DNA of 64,000 nucleotides from an uncultured virus (IMG/VR IMGVR_UViG_3300050134_000033) (lineage: Duplodnaviria; Heunggongvirae; Uroviricota; Caudoviricetes): the IMG/VR virus record IMGVR_UViG_3300050134_000033; one strand, written 5' to 3'. Positions 1-9,774 of the stretch are shown here, one piece after another. Position numbers and translations under genes: made by a program. The notes under the pieces were generated by a model, which did not search any database, was not told the origin of the DNA, and saw only the letters and a list, made by a program, of their open reading frames with translations. Numbering within the stretch: the first letter of the stretch is position 1; every line of letters begins with the position of its first letter.

Positions 1-573
1 ATTCTTGCCGTGCAGTTGCTTGTGCGAGGCGTGAGCCCGAGCCAGCATCATGACCGAGTTCCGCACTGCGTCCTGCTGACGCCACACGAAGTAGTTCTCG
101 ACTTCAACGTGGTCTGGAATCGTCCAGACGCGGGCGTCGAACGTGGCGACTGGCAATTTCTTGGTGATAAGGAGTTCGTTCTCGGTCGGGTTCGACCCCT
201 TGAGCTTCATCAATTCTGAGTTGAACGTCATGGTCGCGATGGCGGCGGCGACCGAGCACCATTTCTGCACCAGTCCATCGAACCATGCTTGGGTGCCGAT
301 CTCAAGGAAATCCACGGCAAGTAGGCTGATCTCGTCACTCTGGACGAAAGCGAACTGTGCCCCCGCGATCTCTTCGCACAGAGCGATTGCGGTCTTGTCC
401 ATCAGGTCCATCAAGAACGTATCGTAAGGTTTTGCGAGTCCCCGCGTCCATGTGTGGAATGCTCGCCCGTCAACACGGATGAGGGTGTAGGTGCGTGGGG
501 GAAGTTTGTAGCGGGTGATGTCTTCATACCGCTTCATGCGGTCGCCGAGAGCGTCTCTTCGTTGGATAGTCAT
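1..573 (-). CDS. thg1: tRNA(His) guanylyltransferase Thg1-like protein, 3'-5' polymerase (runs off window start)
   Basis: Absent from the ORF track; manual translation from ATG 573 gives MTIQRRDALGDRMKRYE...IRVDGRAFHTWT...FVQSDEISL...FDARVW...YFVWRQQDAVRNS, the hallmark Thg1/TLP motifs. Confidence 0.92.
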   Translation of the reverse strand, partial: MTIQRRDALGDRMKRYEDITRYKLPPRTYTLIRVDGRAFHTWTRGLAKPYDTFLMDLMDKTAIALCEEIAGAQFAFVQSDEISLLAVDFLEIGTQAWFDGLVQKWCSVAAAIATMTFNSELMKLKGSNPTENELLITKKLPVATFDARVWTIPDHVEVENYFVWRQQDAVRNSVMMLARAHASHKQLHGKN

Positions 574-613
574 AGACTCGGTGTCTATTCTACCAGAGAG
601 ATCGGATTTTTGG

Positions 614-967
614 CTAGGAATTAAACAAATATGCGAGGGTCAGGGTATCTTCGTCTAAAACCTTGAATCCTAACAGGTTAGCGGTAGAGTTCACTATGCC
701 GGCCTCTTGCAGCCGCTCGAAGACTGGGAAGAACGCTTCGAGGATGGAGAAAACCTGCATCCGTGGTAGGAGGACGCAAACGTCTTCGACGAACGGCGGC
801 TTGACGCTGTAGATTTGCTGCAACATCAGGGAGCGGATATGCTTGGGGTCGTCGGTCAGAAAACTCAAACGAATCTTGGCGTACTCATCTTTGAACGGGT
901 AGACTTCGGGCCATTTGACCTGAAGTGGGGAGGGGATAACCGTCAGTGCGACTGATTCGCTAACCAA
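614..967 (-). CDS. hypothetical protein
   Basis: 117 aa ORF overlapping the upstream gene end, operon-like packing. Confidence 0.5.
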   Translation of the reverse strand: MVSESVALTVIPSPLQVKWPEVYPFKDEYAKIRLSFLTDDPKHIRSLMLQQIYSVKPPFVEDVCVLLPRMQVFSILEAFFPVFERLQEAGIVNSTANLLGFKVLDEDTLTLAYLFNS

Positions 968-1616
968 GGATGTCCTCCACCAACCGACTGATGGCGGAAT
1001 CGTTCAACGAGGTCCGTTTTGGAGTCTGGGCTGCTGGTTGAGCGGGCTGGGCTGGTGCCGCTGGTGGAGTTTCCACGGGAACTTGGGGCTCGGCTGGGGT
1101 CGGTACACCCGGTTGAGTTGCTGGTTCCGACCGTTGCACCTTCTTCTTGATCTCGGTGGGGGACACGTTCTTACCGCCCACCTTCTCCAGAAAGTCGTCA
1201 ACCCAAGAGTCCGATGACGCCAGAGCTACGTGCGAGAATGAGTGCATGGTGACTGTGGGGCGATAGCTGGCACTGAAGAAATACCCACGACGAGTACCCT
1301 CGCCGCCCGAACCCGCGTAGGCGAAATATTCATCCTTCAGTCTAATCCCCGATCCTGTTAGAGCGTAGATTGTGTCTGAAGAGATGGGAATGGCGACGGC
1401 TACCTCGCCGATTTGCACGTCCTGCTCGGCGATCTCATCTTCAGAATCCGAAGCGATGGCTTCGCGGGCGGCGTCGAGGATTTGTGGGTCGCTGGATAAT
1501 CCGTAGAGACAAAGGTCAAGCCCCGTGACAGCATCGCGGTCGAGGGTCTCTAAAAGCTCCAACCCTTCGCGGAGCTTGAGTGCCTGATCTTCGGAAATGT
1601 CGAGATAACGTTCCAT
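960..1616 (-). CDS. hypothetical protein with Pro/Ala/Gln-rich C-terminal linker
   Basis: 218 aa ORF with natural composition. Confidence 0.7.
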   Translation of the reverse strand: MERYLDISEDQALKLREGLELLETLDRDAVTGLDLCLYGLSSDPQILDAAREAIASDSEDEIAEQDVQIGEVAVAIPISSDTIYALTGSGIRLKDEYFAYAGSGGEGTRRGYFFSASYRPTVTMHSFSHVALASSDSWVDDFLEKVGGKNVSPTEIKKKVQRSEPATQPGVPTPAEPQVPVETPPAAPAQPAQPAAQTPKRTSLNDSAISRLVEDILG

Positions 1617-1635
1617 GGGACCCCTACTAAAGGGT

Positions 1636-1830
1636 TCAGATACGAAGTTTCCGGAAGAAGTTGCGGAACATGCTATCGATAATCACATCAAACATGTCTT
1701 TTTCGCCATCACGAGTGGAAAGTCGTAATTGGCAAACGTCAGGCGGGATGTTGACAGTGACGGTCTCGCCTCGGTTGAGACGGTCCAACATCTCGGGGGT
1801 GATCTTCGCTTTGGCTACTTTTTTCTTCAT
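1636..1830 (-). CDS. hypothetical protein
   Basis: MKKKVAKAK... start overlaps the dUTPase stop (ATGA). Confidence 0.5.
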   Translation of the reverse strand: MKKKVAKAKITPEMLDRLNRGETVTVNIPPDVCQLRLSTRDGEKDMFDVIIDSMFRNFFRKLRI

Positions 1831-2336
1831 CGCCCTGTACTCCCAAAGCCATCCGCCTTCCGAGAAGACTCGGGAAGCTCGGCTACCTCGATCATACCAC
1901 AGTGAGTCAGCACGGGGATGGGGACCATCTGGGCGATCTTGCTCCCCGCAGGAATGAAAGCAGGGTCGTCCGTGAAGTTGGCGAGCATTACCATGATCTC
2001 CCCACGGTAGCCCGAATCGATGACGCCGCCGATAGTGAATAGGCTCAGGTTCGCCACGCTGGACCGATCCTGAATCAACAGGCCCCACTTCGTGATAGGA
2101 CTCTGGAGAATCCAGCCAAATTCGCCCTGTCCCGTGTTCAGCGGTGGGCCGTCAAACACGGCGGCAATGCCCGTCCCGATCCTGCGGACAGTCCAAGGCT
2201 CGATGCGAGCATCTTCCGCACAGTACAGATCGTAGGCGAGGTCTTCTCCAAGATGACCGACCGTGGGACACTTGGCGTCGTAGTTTAGCTTTTTTACTTT
2301 GAGCATGAGAACCTTTCGGGGCGGCTCGGGTTGCAT
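1827..2336 (-). CDS. dut: dUTPase (trimeric)
   Basis: Motifs AYDL, DRSS, GVIDSGYRGEI, KIAQMV, RKADGFGSTG. Confidence 0.94.
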   Translation of the reverse strand: MQPEPPRKVLMLKVKKLNYDAKCPTVGHLGEDLAYDLYCAEDARIEPWTVRRIGTGIAAVFDGPPLNTGQGEFGWILQSPITKWGLLIQDRSSVANLSLFTIGGVIDSGYRGEIMVMLANFTDDPAFIPAGSKIAQMVPIPVLTHCGMIEVAELPESSRKADGFGSTGR

Positions 2337-2438
2337 TCCCCCCGAAAGGTAGGGTGTCGAATCCCCCCTCGGGAGAGCAGCTAAGCTCTGTTTGGGACTT
2401 TAGGCCGCGATGCCGCCCTTCTGTTTTAATACGGACTT

Positions 2439-2915
2439 TTAACGCTGCTCGTGTTTTCCATTTTGGTTTCCCATCATCGCGACCGCAATATTTGCACGAT
2501 GTTGTTCTGAGTGAGGGCCAAGCTTCTTACCTTTCCGATGACTAGGTTTTCCAGTCATGGCTTTTCTTATTTTCTCTACCGTTTCTGGCGACTGTTTATG
2601 CCCCAACATTCCGCCGCCCTCACCGCCTCGACAAATGTTGTAGCCATACTTGGGGTCTTGAGACCTTAGGAAAGCGATGAAGTCGCGCTCGTAGGCATCA
2701 AGCTCAGGTTTGGTTTGGATGTCAGATAGGAGGGCGTGAATAGACCAATCGCAAGGGAGCGGGTGTTTACGCATGGAGTTGTATAGACGGGAAGACCCAC
2801 AGGCATGACGAGCGGTGGAAAACTTCTTCTGAAAATATCGTTTCAATTCTTTACCCTTGTGTTGACCGACGTAGTATTTCCCCGTGACGCGGTTGATGAT
2901 TAGGTAGATGAACAT
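2439..2915 (-). CDS. GIY-YIG homing endonuclease with NUMOD3-like repeats
   Basis: FIYLIIN..GKYYVGQ, GYNI, GHKQSPETVEKI. Confidence 0.88.
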   Translation of the reverse strand: MFIYLIINRVTGKYYVGQHKGKELKRYFQKKFSTARHACGSSRLYNSMRKHPLPCDWSIHALLSDIQTKPELDAYERDFIAFLRSQDPKYGYNICRGGEGGGMLGHKQSPETVEKIRKAMTGKPSHRKGKKLGPHSEQHRANIAVAMMGNQNGKHEQR

Positions 2916-2983
2916 GAAACCTTCCCAATGAGTTAATACTCAAATGGGGTTAAAAGTTGTTTAATTTCAACTAAATGTCTGGA

Positions 2984-3520
2984 CTACTTACTACTGGATT
3001 TCCGCTTGAACTCGGCTTTGATTGGGGCAACATATTTGTCGAGGTCGATAGCCTTGACGAGGTAGGGGGTGAAACTTTCGGGGATGGTCATCCAGCCCTG
3101 CTTCTTCGATGGGGTGGTAAACGCCGCCATGCTGATCGCATACTGGTGAGCGTACTTTTCGAGGAAGGAAAGATAACGCGGGTTGTGAAGGCCGATGAGG
3201 ACGACGTGACTGCCCTCTGGAATCTCCGTACCCATCATGCGATGCATGTACCACGTGGGCTTGAAGTAAAACTTGCCCCCGACCATGGAATCGATGGGCT
3301 TCATACGGATGACTTTGACATTGTGGCGTTCAAGAGCGGCTGAATAACGTTCGGCCTGCTCGTCCTTCATTGAACCATGAAGGACTACGGTCTGGCTCTC
3401 GGGATCGGTCGCGAAAAATTCGTGCTGTAGGAAGTTAACTACGTCGAGCACGAAGAATTGCGTCTGGAATTTGTCGCCCGCCCGGAAGAGATGACTGGCT
3501 TCAACGATGTAATAGACCAC
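2984..3520 (-). CDS. hypothetical protein, distant NYN/LabA (PIN-like) fold
   Basis: 178 aa; secondary-structure pattern resembles NYN but the catalytic Asp residues are not evident. Confidence 0.45.
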   Translation of the reverse strand: MVYYIVEASHLFRAGDKFQTQFFVLDVVNFLQHEFFATDPESQTVVLHGSMKDEQAERYSAALERHNVKVIRMKPIDSMVGGKFYFKPTWYMHRMMGTEIPEGSHVVLIGLHNPRYLSFLEKYAHQYAISMAAFTTPSKKQGWMTIPESFTPYLVKAIDLDKYVAPIKAEFKRKSSSK

Positions 3521-4010
3521 TTGCGTCCCCTCATAAAAGGGGAGGGGAAGTTCTCATTGTAGTACCACAGGCATTGCGTGTGGTGGGCGCAGGCTTCACC
3601 GTATAATTTGCGGTAATACTGGGAATGTTGAATGGCGGCTTCCATGTCGTGCGTCACGAAAACGCACTCCTCGCACGACCACAATACTCCTATTTGCGGG
3701 GCTAGAGGATTCTCGATGTTGAGTTTCATTTAGTAGTCTTCGACGGGGGTAGAGGACACCGTAGTGTGCTTGATCGTTGTGTCGCAGCCTTCGCACTTGA
3801 GCGTGATTTACCACGGGGCGTACCGCTCGTGCAAGATGGCGATGAAGCGCGGCCAGCCAGACTCACCAGTCGAGCGTCTGTACTGCTCCTGATTGGGACA
3901 ACCCGTGTGACTGATGTGGATTTCCGTGGTCAACTTAACGGACGTAGGTTCCACGGGCGTTGCGACTTGATGACCCGTCGCTTCCATTCCTCGAATCATG
4001 ACTGCTCCTC

Positions 4011-5192
4011 TTAGTGCTTGAACCAGTGGAAATATGCGAGCACCAGACCGACGATGGTCGCGATGGTCGCCAGCGTGATGAGCGGAGCCTTGCTGGAACG
4101 CTCGACGGCCTGCGCTGGATCACGGCGGAAACCGCTGTCGTCGTAGACCGCATCCTGAGGCGGCTTGATTGGACGCCAGATCGACGGAGTATCAGGGCAC
4201 TGAGCGGCTGGCGGATAGATAATAGGAGCCGCCTCGTCCAGATCAACGTTACGCGGAGCAGCTTCGTTGAATTTTTCCGTAGCAACAGTAGCATCGGTGA
4301 CCGCGTTGCCGAACTGTTGCAGAGCGCCAGAGGCACGCTTGATCGACAACTCGGTCTTGTACTTGGTGTCGTAGTAGAACCCGGAGCCCGCATCGGTCGC
4401 CGTGCAACGCCCGTCTCGCAGGTCGATGTACTTCCAACCATGCCAGCGGCAAACTTCAAAGCCGGCCCGCGTGACAACTTCGTCTCCACCATCGAACACC
4501 GCGTCCCCACGCGGTTCGAGCGCCTTGTTGGGGAATGTGTAGGGGGAAGGCTGACCAGCGGCGACATTCGACGTGTCGGCGTCTGGACCCCATTCAGGGA
4601 CAAACACCGTCGCGGGCTGCGGATCGCCGTACTTGTAGTTGCGGTCTGGATTTGGGTCGTTCAAAATCTCGCGAACAGCCTCAACCGCCTTGGGGTCGTT
4701 GAGCGGAACGATGTCGTAGCACTTGTCGGTGCAGACATGATCTGGATGATCCTGCGGCAGCGTGGTCGGATCGACGGCTTCAACAGCAGCCATCACCTTC
4801 TCGACACGCGCTTCGGAAGCCGCCTGCGGCTTGATGCCCAAATCTTCGGGACGAATGACAATCGGCACATGGCGGTTCTCAATCGCCGTCATGACGGCGA
4901 TGGCTTCCTTTGCGGAAAGCAGTTTGTCGATGGCGATGTAAGTTTTGCGGACGGGCTCGGCGGAAAGCGTCTTGTAGAAGCGGTATGCTCGAATGACTGT
5001 GAGTTCACCCGCCGAGAGGGGGAGAATCGAAGCAAGGTCGTCAGTCGCTTGTCCAGCGGTGACCGCACGGATCACCTTCGAACGAACGAGAGCTTTGTCT
5101 TTCAGCATCTCGTTGTGCAGGAAGTAGTCAACCCTATACGGCCTGAGCTTTTGTTCTTTTCTCTGCTTCGTCTTTGATTTGGATTTCGACAT
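4011..5192 (-). CDS. hypothetical protein with C-terminal transmembrane anchor
   Basis: Long ORF, probable start MSKSKS; ends LITLATIATIVGLVLAYFHWFKH. Confidence 0.7.
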   Translation of the reverse strand: MSKSKSKTKQRKEQKLRPYRVDYFLHNEMLKDKALVRSKVIRAVTAGQATDDLASILPLSAGELTVIRAYRFYKTLSAEPVRKTYIAIDKLLSAKEAIAVMTAIENRHVPIVIRPEDLGIKPQAASEARVEKVMAAVEAVDPTTLPQDHPDHVCTDKCYDIVPLNDPKAVEAVREILNDPNPDRNYKYGDPQPATVFVPEWGPDADTSNVAAGQPSPYTFPNKALEPRGDAVFDGGDEVVTRAGFEVCRWHGWKYIDLRDGRCTATDAGSGFYYDTKYKTELSIKRASGALQQFGNAVTDATVATEKFNEAAPRNVDLDEAAPIIYPPAAQCPDTPSIWRPIKPPQDAVYDDSGFRRDPAQAVERSSKAPLITLATIATIVGLVLAYFHWFKH

Positions 5193-5583
5193 ACTTGAAT
5201 ACTTCCCTTCCGTAACGTTGTTTGAACCGCACAGCAACCTTCGTGTCAACCCGATAGCTGCGGAACCATTTCAAATATACCACATTCAGCAGCCAAAACT
5301 CAAATTCATAGTGGTGTTGCCCCATGCCGTGGTAGTCGTACTTCAGCTTGTAAGTAAAGGGAACGGCCACCAAACATCCCGCATGGCGGTCCCTTTGCAT
5401 GGATAACCCCTTCCAAAACTTCCAGTTAATGAAAAGCTGGAAGGCATCCCAAAAGCTATGATTCTTGGAATAATCCTGACGGCAGACATGGAGTTGCTCA
5501 CCGTACTCGGGAGCCAGTCGTGTCCATTCCTTGTAGATGCGACCCGGGCGATAAACGTCCTGCGATCTGGGGAGAGCCTTCAT
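5134..5583 (-). CDS. hypothetical protein
   Basis: About 149 aa aromatic-rich ORF in the operon. Confidence 0.5.
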   Translation of the reverse strand: MKALPRSQDVYRPGRIYKEWTRLAPEYGEQLHVCRQDYSKNHSFWDAFQLFINWKFWKGLSMQRDRHAGCLVAVPFTYKLKYDYHGMGQHHYEFEFWLLNVVYLKWFRSYRVDTKVAVRFKQRYGREVFKYVEIQIKDEAEKRTKAQAV

Positions 5584-5790
5584 TTCGGTTGTTTCCCCGC
5601 TGACGGCCAATACCCGCATTTACCACACGCCTTAGGACGGGTCGCGGAACGAACGAGCACCCATTTATGACGTTTGCAACGTTTCATGCGTTTCCTGTGG
5701 CGATGAGAACAGCCGTGAAGATCAAGAATACCACCGCAAATGCTTGGACGCAATAGACGGTGATTCGATCTTGGCGGCTACAGACGATCA

Positions 5791-6291
5791 TTACCGCTCC
5801 ACGTGGCGCAGGAAGATGCCTGCCTCGGAGAACAACTGGAGGGTGTTCTTGAAATCCTCAGCCCATTTCGGGTTGCCCATGTCGGGTTCGTAGGAAACAA
5901 CCGTCGTGATACCACTCTGGACGATGGCACGGGCGCATTCCATGCAGGGAAAGCCCGCGATGTAGAGTGTACAGTCTCGCATCGGAATGCCTACATTCGC
6001 GGCATTGTAGATGGCGTTACGCTCGGGGTGCTCCGTCCACATGTACTTTGCAGGGACCGCGTGACGCTCTGGAACATCGTCATCCGCACCACGAGGAAGG
6101 CCATTGTAGCCTGCGGAGCGAATCTCACGCATCGGGCCTACAATAATGCAGCCCACCTTGCGATCATGATCCTTGCTCCATTCGCCGATCTGCTTGGCGA
6201 GACCGATGAAACGGTTGTCCCACTTCACTTGCGTAGGGGAGGCTACCTGCACGGTTGTGTCGCCGCCAGTTTGAAGTCCGGGTGTGCCCAT
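5791..6291 (-). CDS. dCMP deaminase (copy 2)
   Basis: WSKD..KVGC, GYNG.P.G, HPERNAI, FPCMECARAIVQSGI zinc motifs. Confidence 0.92.
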   Translation of the reverse strand: MGTPGLQTGGDTTVQVASPTQVKWDNRFIGLAKQIGEWSKDHDRKVGCIIVGPMREIRSAGYNGLPRGADDDVPERHAVPAKYMWTEHPERNAIYNAANVGIPMRDCTLYIAGFPCMECARAIVQSGITTVVSYEPDMGNPKWAEDFKNTLQLFSEAGIFLRHVER

Positions 6292-6292
6292 T

Positions 6293-6775
6293 TTAAGCTC
6301 CAACCTTCAGTCCAACTCCCGTGGGGAAAATTTCCGCCAAAGGAATCTCTTCCCATGTTGCGCCGGATGAAGTGATGTAGTCCTTGGTCTTGATAAATGC
6401 GGCAGCCCAGCGAGTGAGGGCGTCGGCGGATGGTTCGGGGAACACGAAATGCGTGATGCCAGCCTGAAGCATCTGTACGCAGCAACGGTCGCAGGAAGCG
6501 AACGGCCAAGTGTAGAGAGTGTAGCCGTTTACAGGCTCACGCGCAAAGACCACGGCGTTAACTTCGCAGTGGACGACGCGGGAATACTTCTCGTCGCGGT
6601 TCGCGTACCATTCCGGCTTGTCTTCCATGTTCTTCGGGAAGCCATTAAATCCCGTAGAGCACAGAGAGTGGTCGGGTCGCGCTATGACGGCCCCTGTTTG
6701 AGTTGAGGGGTCTTTCGACATAGAAGAGACCAACTGCGCCATCTTGAGGTAATGCACGTCCCATTTGTTAGCCAT
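6293..6775 (-). CDS. dCMP deaminase (copy 1)
   Basis: SKDPSTQTGAVI, GFNGFP, HCEVNA, SCDRC; ATG 6775 follows a GAAGG SD. Confidence 0.9.
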   Translation of the reverse strand: MANKWDVHYLKMAQLVSSMSKDPSTQTGAVIARPDHSLCSTGFNGFPKNMEDKPEWYANRDEKYSRVVHCEVNAVVFAREPVNGYTLYTWPFASCDRCCVQMLQAGITHFVFPEPSADALTRWAAAFIKTKDYITSSGATWEEIPLAEIFPTGVGLKVGA

Positions 6776-6806
6776 AGATGCACCTTCTTCCACTAATACT
6801 GAGGTT

Positions 6807-7844
6807 TTAGCGGTCTCCCCCATCTTCTTGCTCAAATTCTTTTCGGTACTGCTTCCAAGAGCGGAAATTGCCAATGTAATCAGCGGTTTCAACAGGGGTA
6901 GCCACGTGCTCAAACGGGCTCCAATGCCCCGATCCTGAGAGCCTACCGCAGAGTTCGATGTCTCGCTTGGCGTCCGACCGCTCACCATTCTCAGGTAAGA
7001 GGTAGCTCACGCGAGCACAGCGAGCCGTAGAAATTTGCTTGAGTGCCTCCCATACCGCCACACCGATATAGATCGGCGGTGTGGGATCGGAAGAGTAGCT
7101 CGGTATTCCCATTCGTTGCTGCCACTCCCAGTGTTGGTACTGCGCTATAAGACCACCCACCCGCCAGATGTCCTTTTGATCGATGAACGGCAGATGCCAG
7201 TCTTGCTCTCCAGCGCCCCACCAACCGGGCCGAAGCATTTGCACACGGTACACACCCAGTTTGGGATTTACGTTATCCAGTGCACACGCACTGCCGTCTG
7301 GGTTGCGGGAATCGAAGTTGACAGTCTCGAACAACCTCTCCACGTACTCGACCTGCGCTTGCATTTGCTTGGCGATGATCTGGAAGTGCGGCTCGGCGTC
7401 GGGGTGATTGCGGAGCTTGAAGAAGTTCTTCAGGTCCGTACACGTCACGATCTGCTGTGTGTACGTCCACGGCTCGATGATGCGGTTTGCCGCCTGCTTG
7501 TGCGCCCCCATCTTGTCCAGTATCCATGAGGCGAGCACGTTGGGGTAGCGAGTGATTCTCCACGTATTCTCAACGACGAATCGCTTCCAGCCCTTCAGTT
7601 CCTCGCCCGCTTGCATACCCTTCTGGTTCTGCCCCACATAGGATGGCACGAAAGGATCAGCGAGAACCTGCTTACGCTGCTTCTTGGCTGGTATGGCTCT
7701 GGAGGATGCGGCGTTGCGGCTGAGCATACGGTGCGTATTGACCTCCGCGAGAATCATCCTCGGGTAGGTCAATACGAACGTATACAGGTTGACACCAGTC
7801 ACAGAGTTCTTGCTGGTGAGGATCAGCTTACTTTCTATCTTCAT
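6807..7844 (-). CDS. thyX: flavin-dependent thymidylate synthase, phage type
   Basis: EVNTHRMLSRNAASSRAIP, NFFKLR, ARCARVSY, HWSPFEH. Confidence 0.9.
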   Translation of the reverse strand: MKIESKLILTSKNSVTGVNLYTFVLTYPRMILAEVNTHRMLSRNAASSRAIPAKKQRKQVLADPFVPSYVGQNQKGMQAGEELKGWKRFVVENTWRITRYPNVLASWILDKMGAHKQAANRIIEPWTYTQQIVTCTDLKNFFKLRNHPDAEPHFQIIAKQMQAQVEYVERLFETVNFDSRNPDGSACALDNVNPKLGVYRVQMLRPGWWGAGEQDWHLPFIDQKDIWRVGGLIAQYQHWEWQQRMGIPSYSSDPTPPIYIGVAVWEALKQISTARCARVSYLLPENGERSDAKRDIELCGRLSGSGHWSPFEHVATPVETADYIGNFRSWKQYRKEFEQEDGGDR

Positions 7845-8482
7845 TTCATTCCTTCAATCGGAACAACGCCATTTTCATTGATCGGCGTGTGGTGGTGGAT
7901 ATGAACATCGGTGGTGACGACAGCGACAAAAGCATTGCAATCGACTTCGGGCTCCACCGCTGCCCGAGTAGTGGGCATCTCCGGGTCTTTCTTGTCCAGC
8001 CCGTTCATGGAACGCTCGGCTCTACTCAGGCGCTCCTGCGCTAGGAAAGCGGCATGGCGTGCCTCAAAGTATTCCGTTTCCAGAGGCGTCGGTGGTTGGC
8101 TGCACGGCGGGCCGGGAACCACGCGCACCACGGTCTGTTCGACCTTCTCCAACTCGTAGCGGATGATGGCGTCCTTGATAGCACTCCATGTTTCGTAGCA
8201 GAACTTGCCGTCAGGAAGATCGTTGCCGCGTGTCCAGTTCTCGCCGGGGCGATAGAACATTGTGCTGGCAATACAGCCAAGGTATGTCGGCGTGGCCGAG
8301 ATGCTGTAGCTGTGCAGCTTCGTGTAGATGATGTAGTTCACGTGGTTGGCGTGACGATCAGTGTTGTGGGGGTTGGTCTCGATACCCTCGCGGGTTTTAC
8401 GAGCGTATTTGTCGAAATTGGAGTAGGGAACTATTTCCTTCATCCATTCGACGAGTTGAGTGCGAAAGCTTTGCGTGTCCAT
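7841..8482 (-). CDS. hypothetical protein
   Basis: 213 aa ORF whose stop overlaps the thyX start. Confidence 0.7.
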   Translation of the reverse strand: MDTQSFRTQLVEWMKEIVPYSNFDKYARKTREGIETNPHNTDRHANHVNYIIYTKLHSYSISATPTYLGCIASTMFYRPGENWTRGNDLPDGKFCYETWSAIKDAIIRYELEKVEQTVVRVVPGPPCSQPPTPLETEYFEARHAAFLAQERLSRAERSMNGLDKKDPEMPTTRAAVEPEVDCNAFVAVVTTDVHIHHHTPINENGVVPIEGMK

Positions 8483-8545
8483 GTTTCTCTTGGACCTCCT
8501 CGTTGAATTTAGCCCGTTGCGGGCATACTTGCTTAATACTGGAGT

Positions 8546-8995
8546 TTAGGTTTCCTGTGCGAGAAATTTTCCTGTGGTTTCGCCGAACGCAAATGACCGA
8601 GCCATCTGGATCAACCAACGGAGATTGGGGATGGTGTCGCAGCGATCCATGACCTCGTGTACGTTGTAGACGCCGACCGTTTCATCAAGCTCGGTCGTCG
8701 CCTTGTCCACGTTGCCGATGGTGTAAAAACAATACAGCATACCATCGTCTCGCTTAAGCTTCAGGTCGAGGAATCGTTTCCACCCACCGATGGAGACCCC
8801 GGTCTCTTCCCTGAACTCACGAATCACAGCCATTTCGGGGTCTTCACCGGGCTCGACTTTGCCGCCGACGCAGTTAAGCAGGCCTTCTTGCCATTCGGGT
8901 CTGAGTTTGCGGATGAGGACAACACGGGAGAGGAGAGGGTCAAACATCAGACCGTCTACGAAGCTAGGGGGCGTGGGTTTTGGTTTGCGTGCCAT
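8546..8995 (-). CDS. Nudix hydrolase
   Basis: Nudix box GGKVEPGEDPEMAVIREFREETG. Confidence 0.92.
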   Translation of the reverse strand: MARKPKPTPPSFVDGLMFDPLLSRVVLIRKLRPEWQEGLLNCVGGKVEPGEDPEMAVIREFREETGVSIGGWKRFLDLKLKRDDGMLYCFYTIGNVDKATTELDETVGVYNVHEVMDRCDTIPNLRWLIQMARSFAFGETTGKFLAQET

Positions 8996-9013
8996 ACCCC
9001 CTAATACTCGTTT

Positions 9014-9355
9014 TTAGCAGATTATCTTGAAGCTGTCGCGGATGGTGTCACCCGTTGCCGTACCAAACGGTCGAGTGGAATCGAACGTCAGGTCCTTGCT
9101 GGAGTCGTGCTCGTACACGCAGCCGCCAGTCCGCATCTTGTCGAAGGTCGAGCAGGTGATGTTCGATCCAAAGATTCGATAATCCGGGTGAACAGGGCAA
9201 TGAATGTGCTGTCCCGCTGGGATGTAGATCATCATCGGCTTGTTGCAGATGCAGTTCGGGTCGTTGTAGGACGGATCGGGCTCCCACGTGACTTCATCAG
9301 GACAGTGCGGGCAAGTGGATGGGCGTGTTTTCTTGATGGCTCTCATTACATCCAC
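9014..9355 (-). CDS. Cys/His-rich hypothetical protein (paralog of 9346-9732)
   Basis: CPHC...IPAGQHIHCPVH. Confidence 0.6.
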   Translation of the reverse strand: MDVMRAIKKTRPSTCPHCPDEVTWEPDPSYNDPNCICNKPMMIYIPAGQHIHCPVHPDYRIFGSNITCSTFDKMRTGGCVYEHDSSKDLTFDSTRPFGTATGDTIRDSFKIIC

Positions 9356-9732
9356 ACCTTTCCGATCTTGCTGTAGTCTGGGAGATTGTTGTCACGCTCT
9401 GGGAGGTTAGGTTCGTTCAGCTTCCAGAAATCTTCCTCACTCCACGTTACCCGAGGCCGCTTCCACGAAACGGGGCTGCCGCGAAGGATGTGTCCCTCAG
9501 CGTGGACGGGGCATGAAATGTGGATGTGTTCGCCAGCCGGGATGCTGATCCAGATGGGCTCATGGAGAGTGCACTTCTCGAAAGGGAATTCGGGACGGTC
9601 ATTCTCGGGGCAGTTAGGGTGGGGACAACGCTTCTTGGGGAAGTATTTGTCGCAGTAGTCTTGGTAGTCTTTGAGCGTGAGGGGTTTAGACTCCCCCTTG
9701 GGAGTTGTTTGCTTCTTATTTTTGGGGTTCAA
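9346..9732 (-). CDS. Cys/His-rich hypothetical protein (paralog of 9014-9355)
   Basis: CPHPNC...IPAGEHIHISCPVH. Confidence 0.6.
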   Translation of the reverse strand: MNPKNKKQTTPKGESKPLTLKDYQDYCDKYFPKKRCPHPNCPENDRPEFPFEKCTLHEPIWISIPAGEHIHISCPVHAEGHILRGSPVSWKRPRVTWSEEDFWKLNEPNLPERDNNLPDYSKIGKVWM

Positions 9733-9774
9733 GTTATCTCTTTTCCGATAGGCTCAGGGGCCTATCTACAATAG

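Noticed and set aside
2340..2375. Plus-strand tRNA fragment (TCGAATCCCCC)
   Set aside because: No D arm or anticodon arm; explained by the minus-strand leader hairpin
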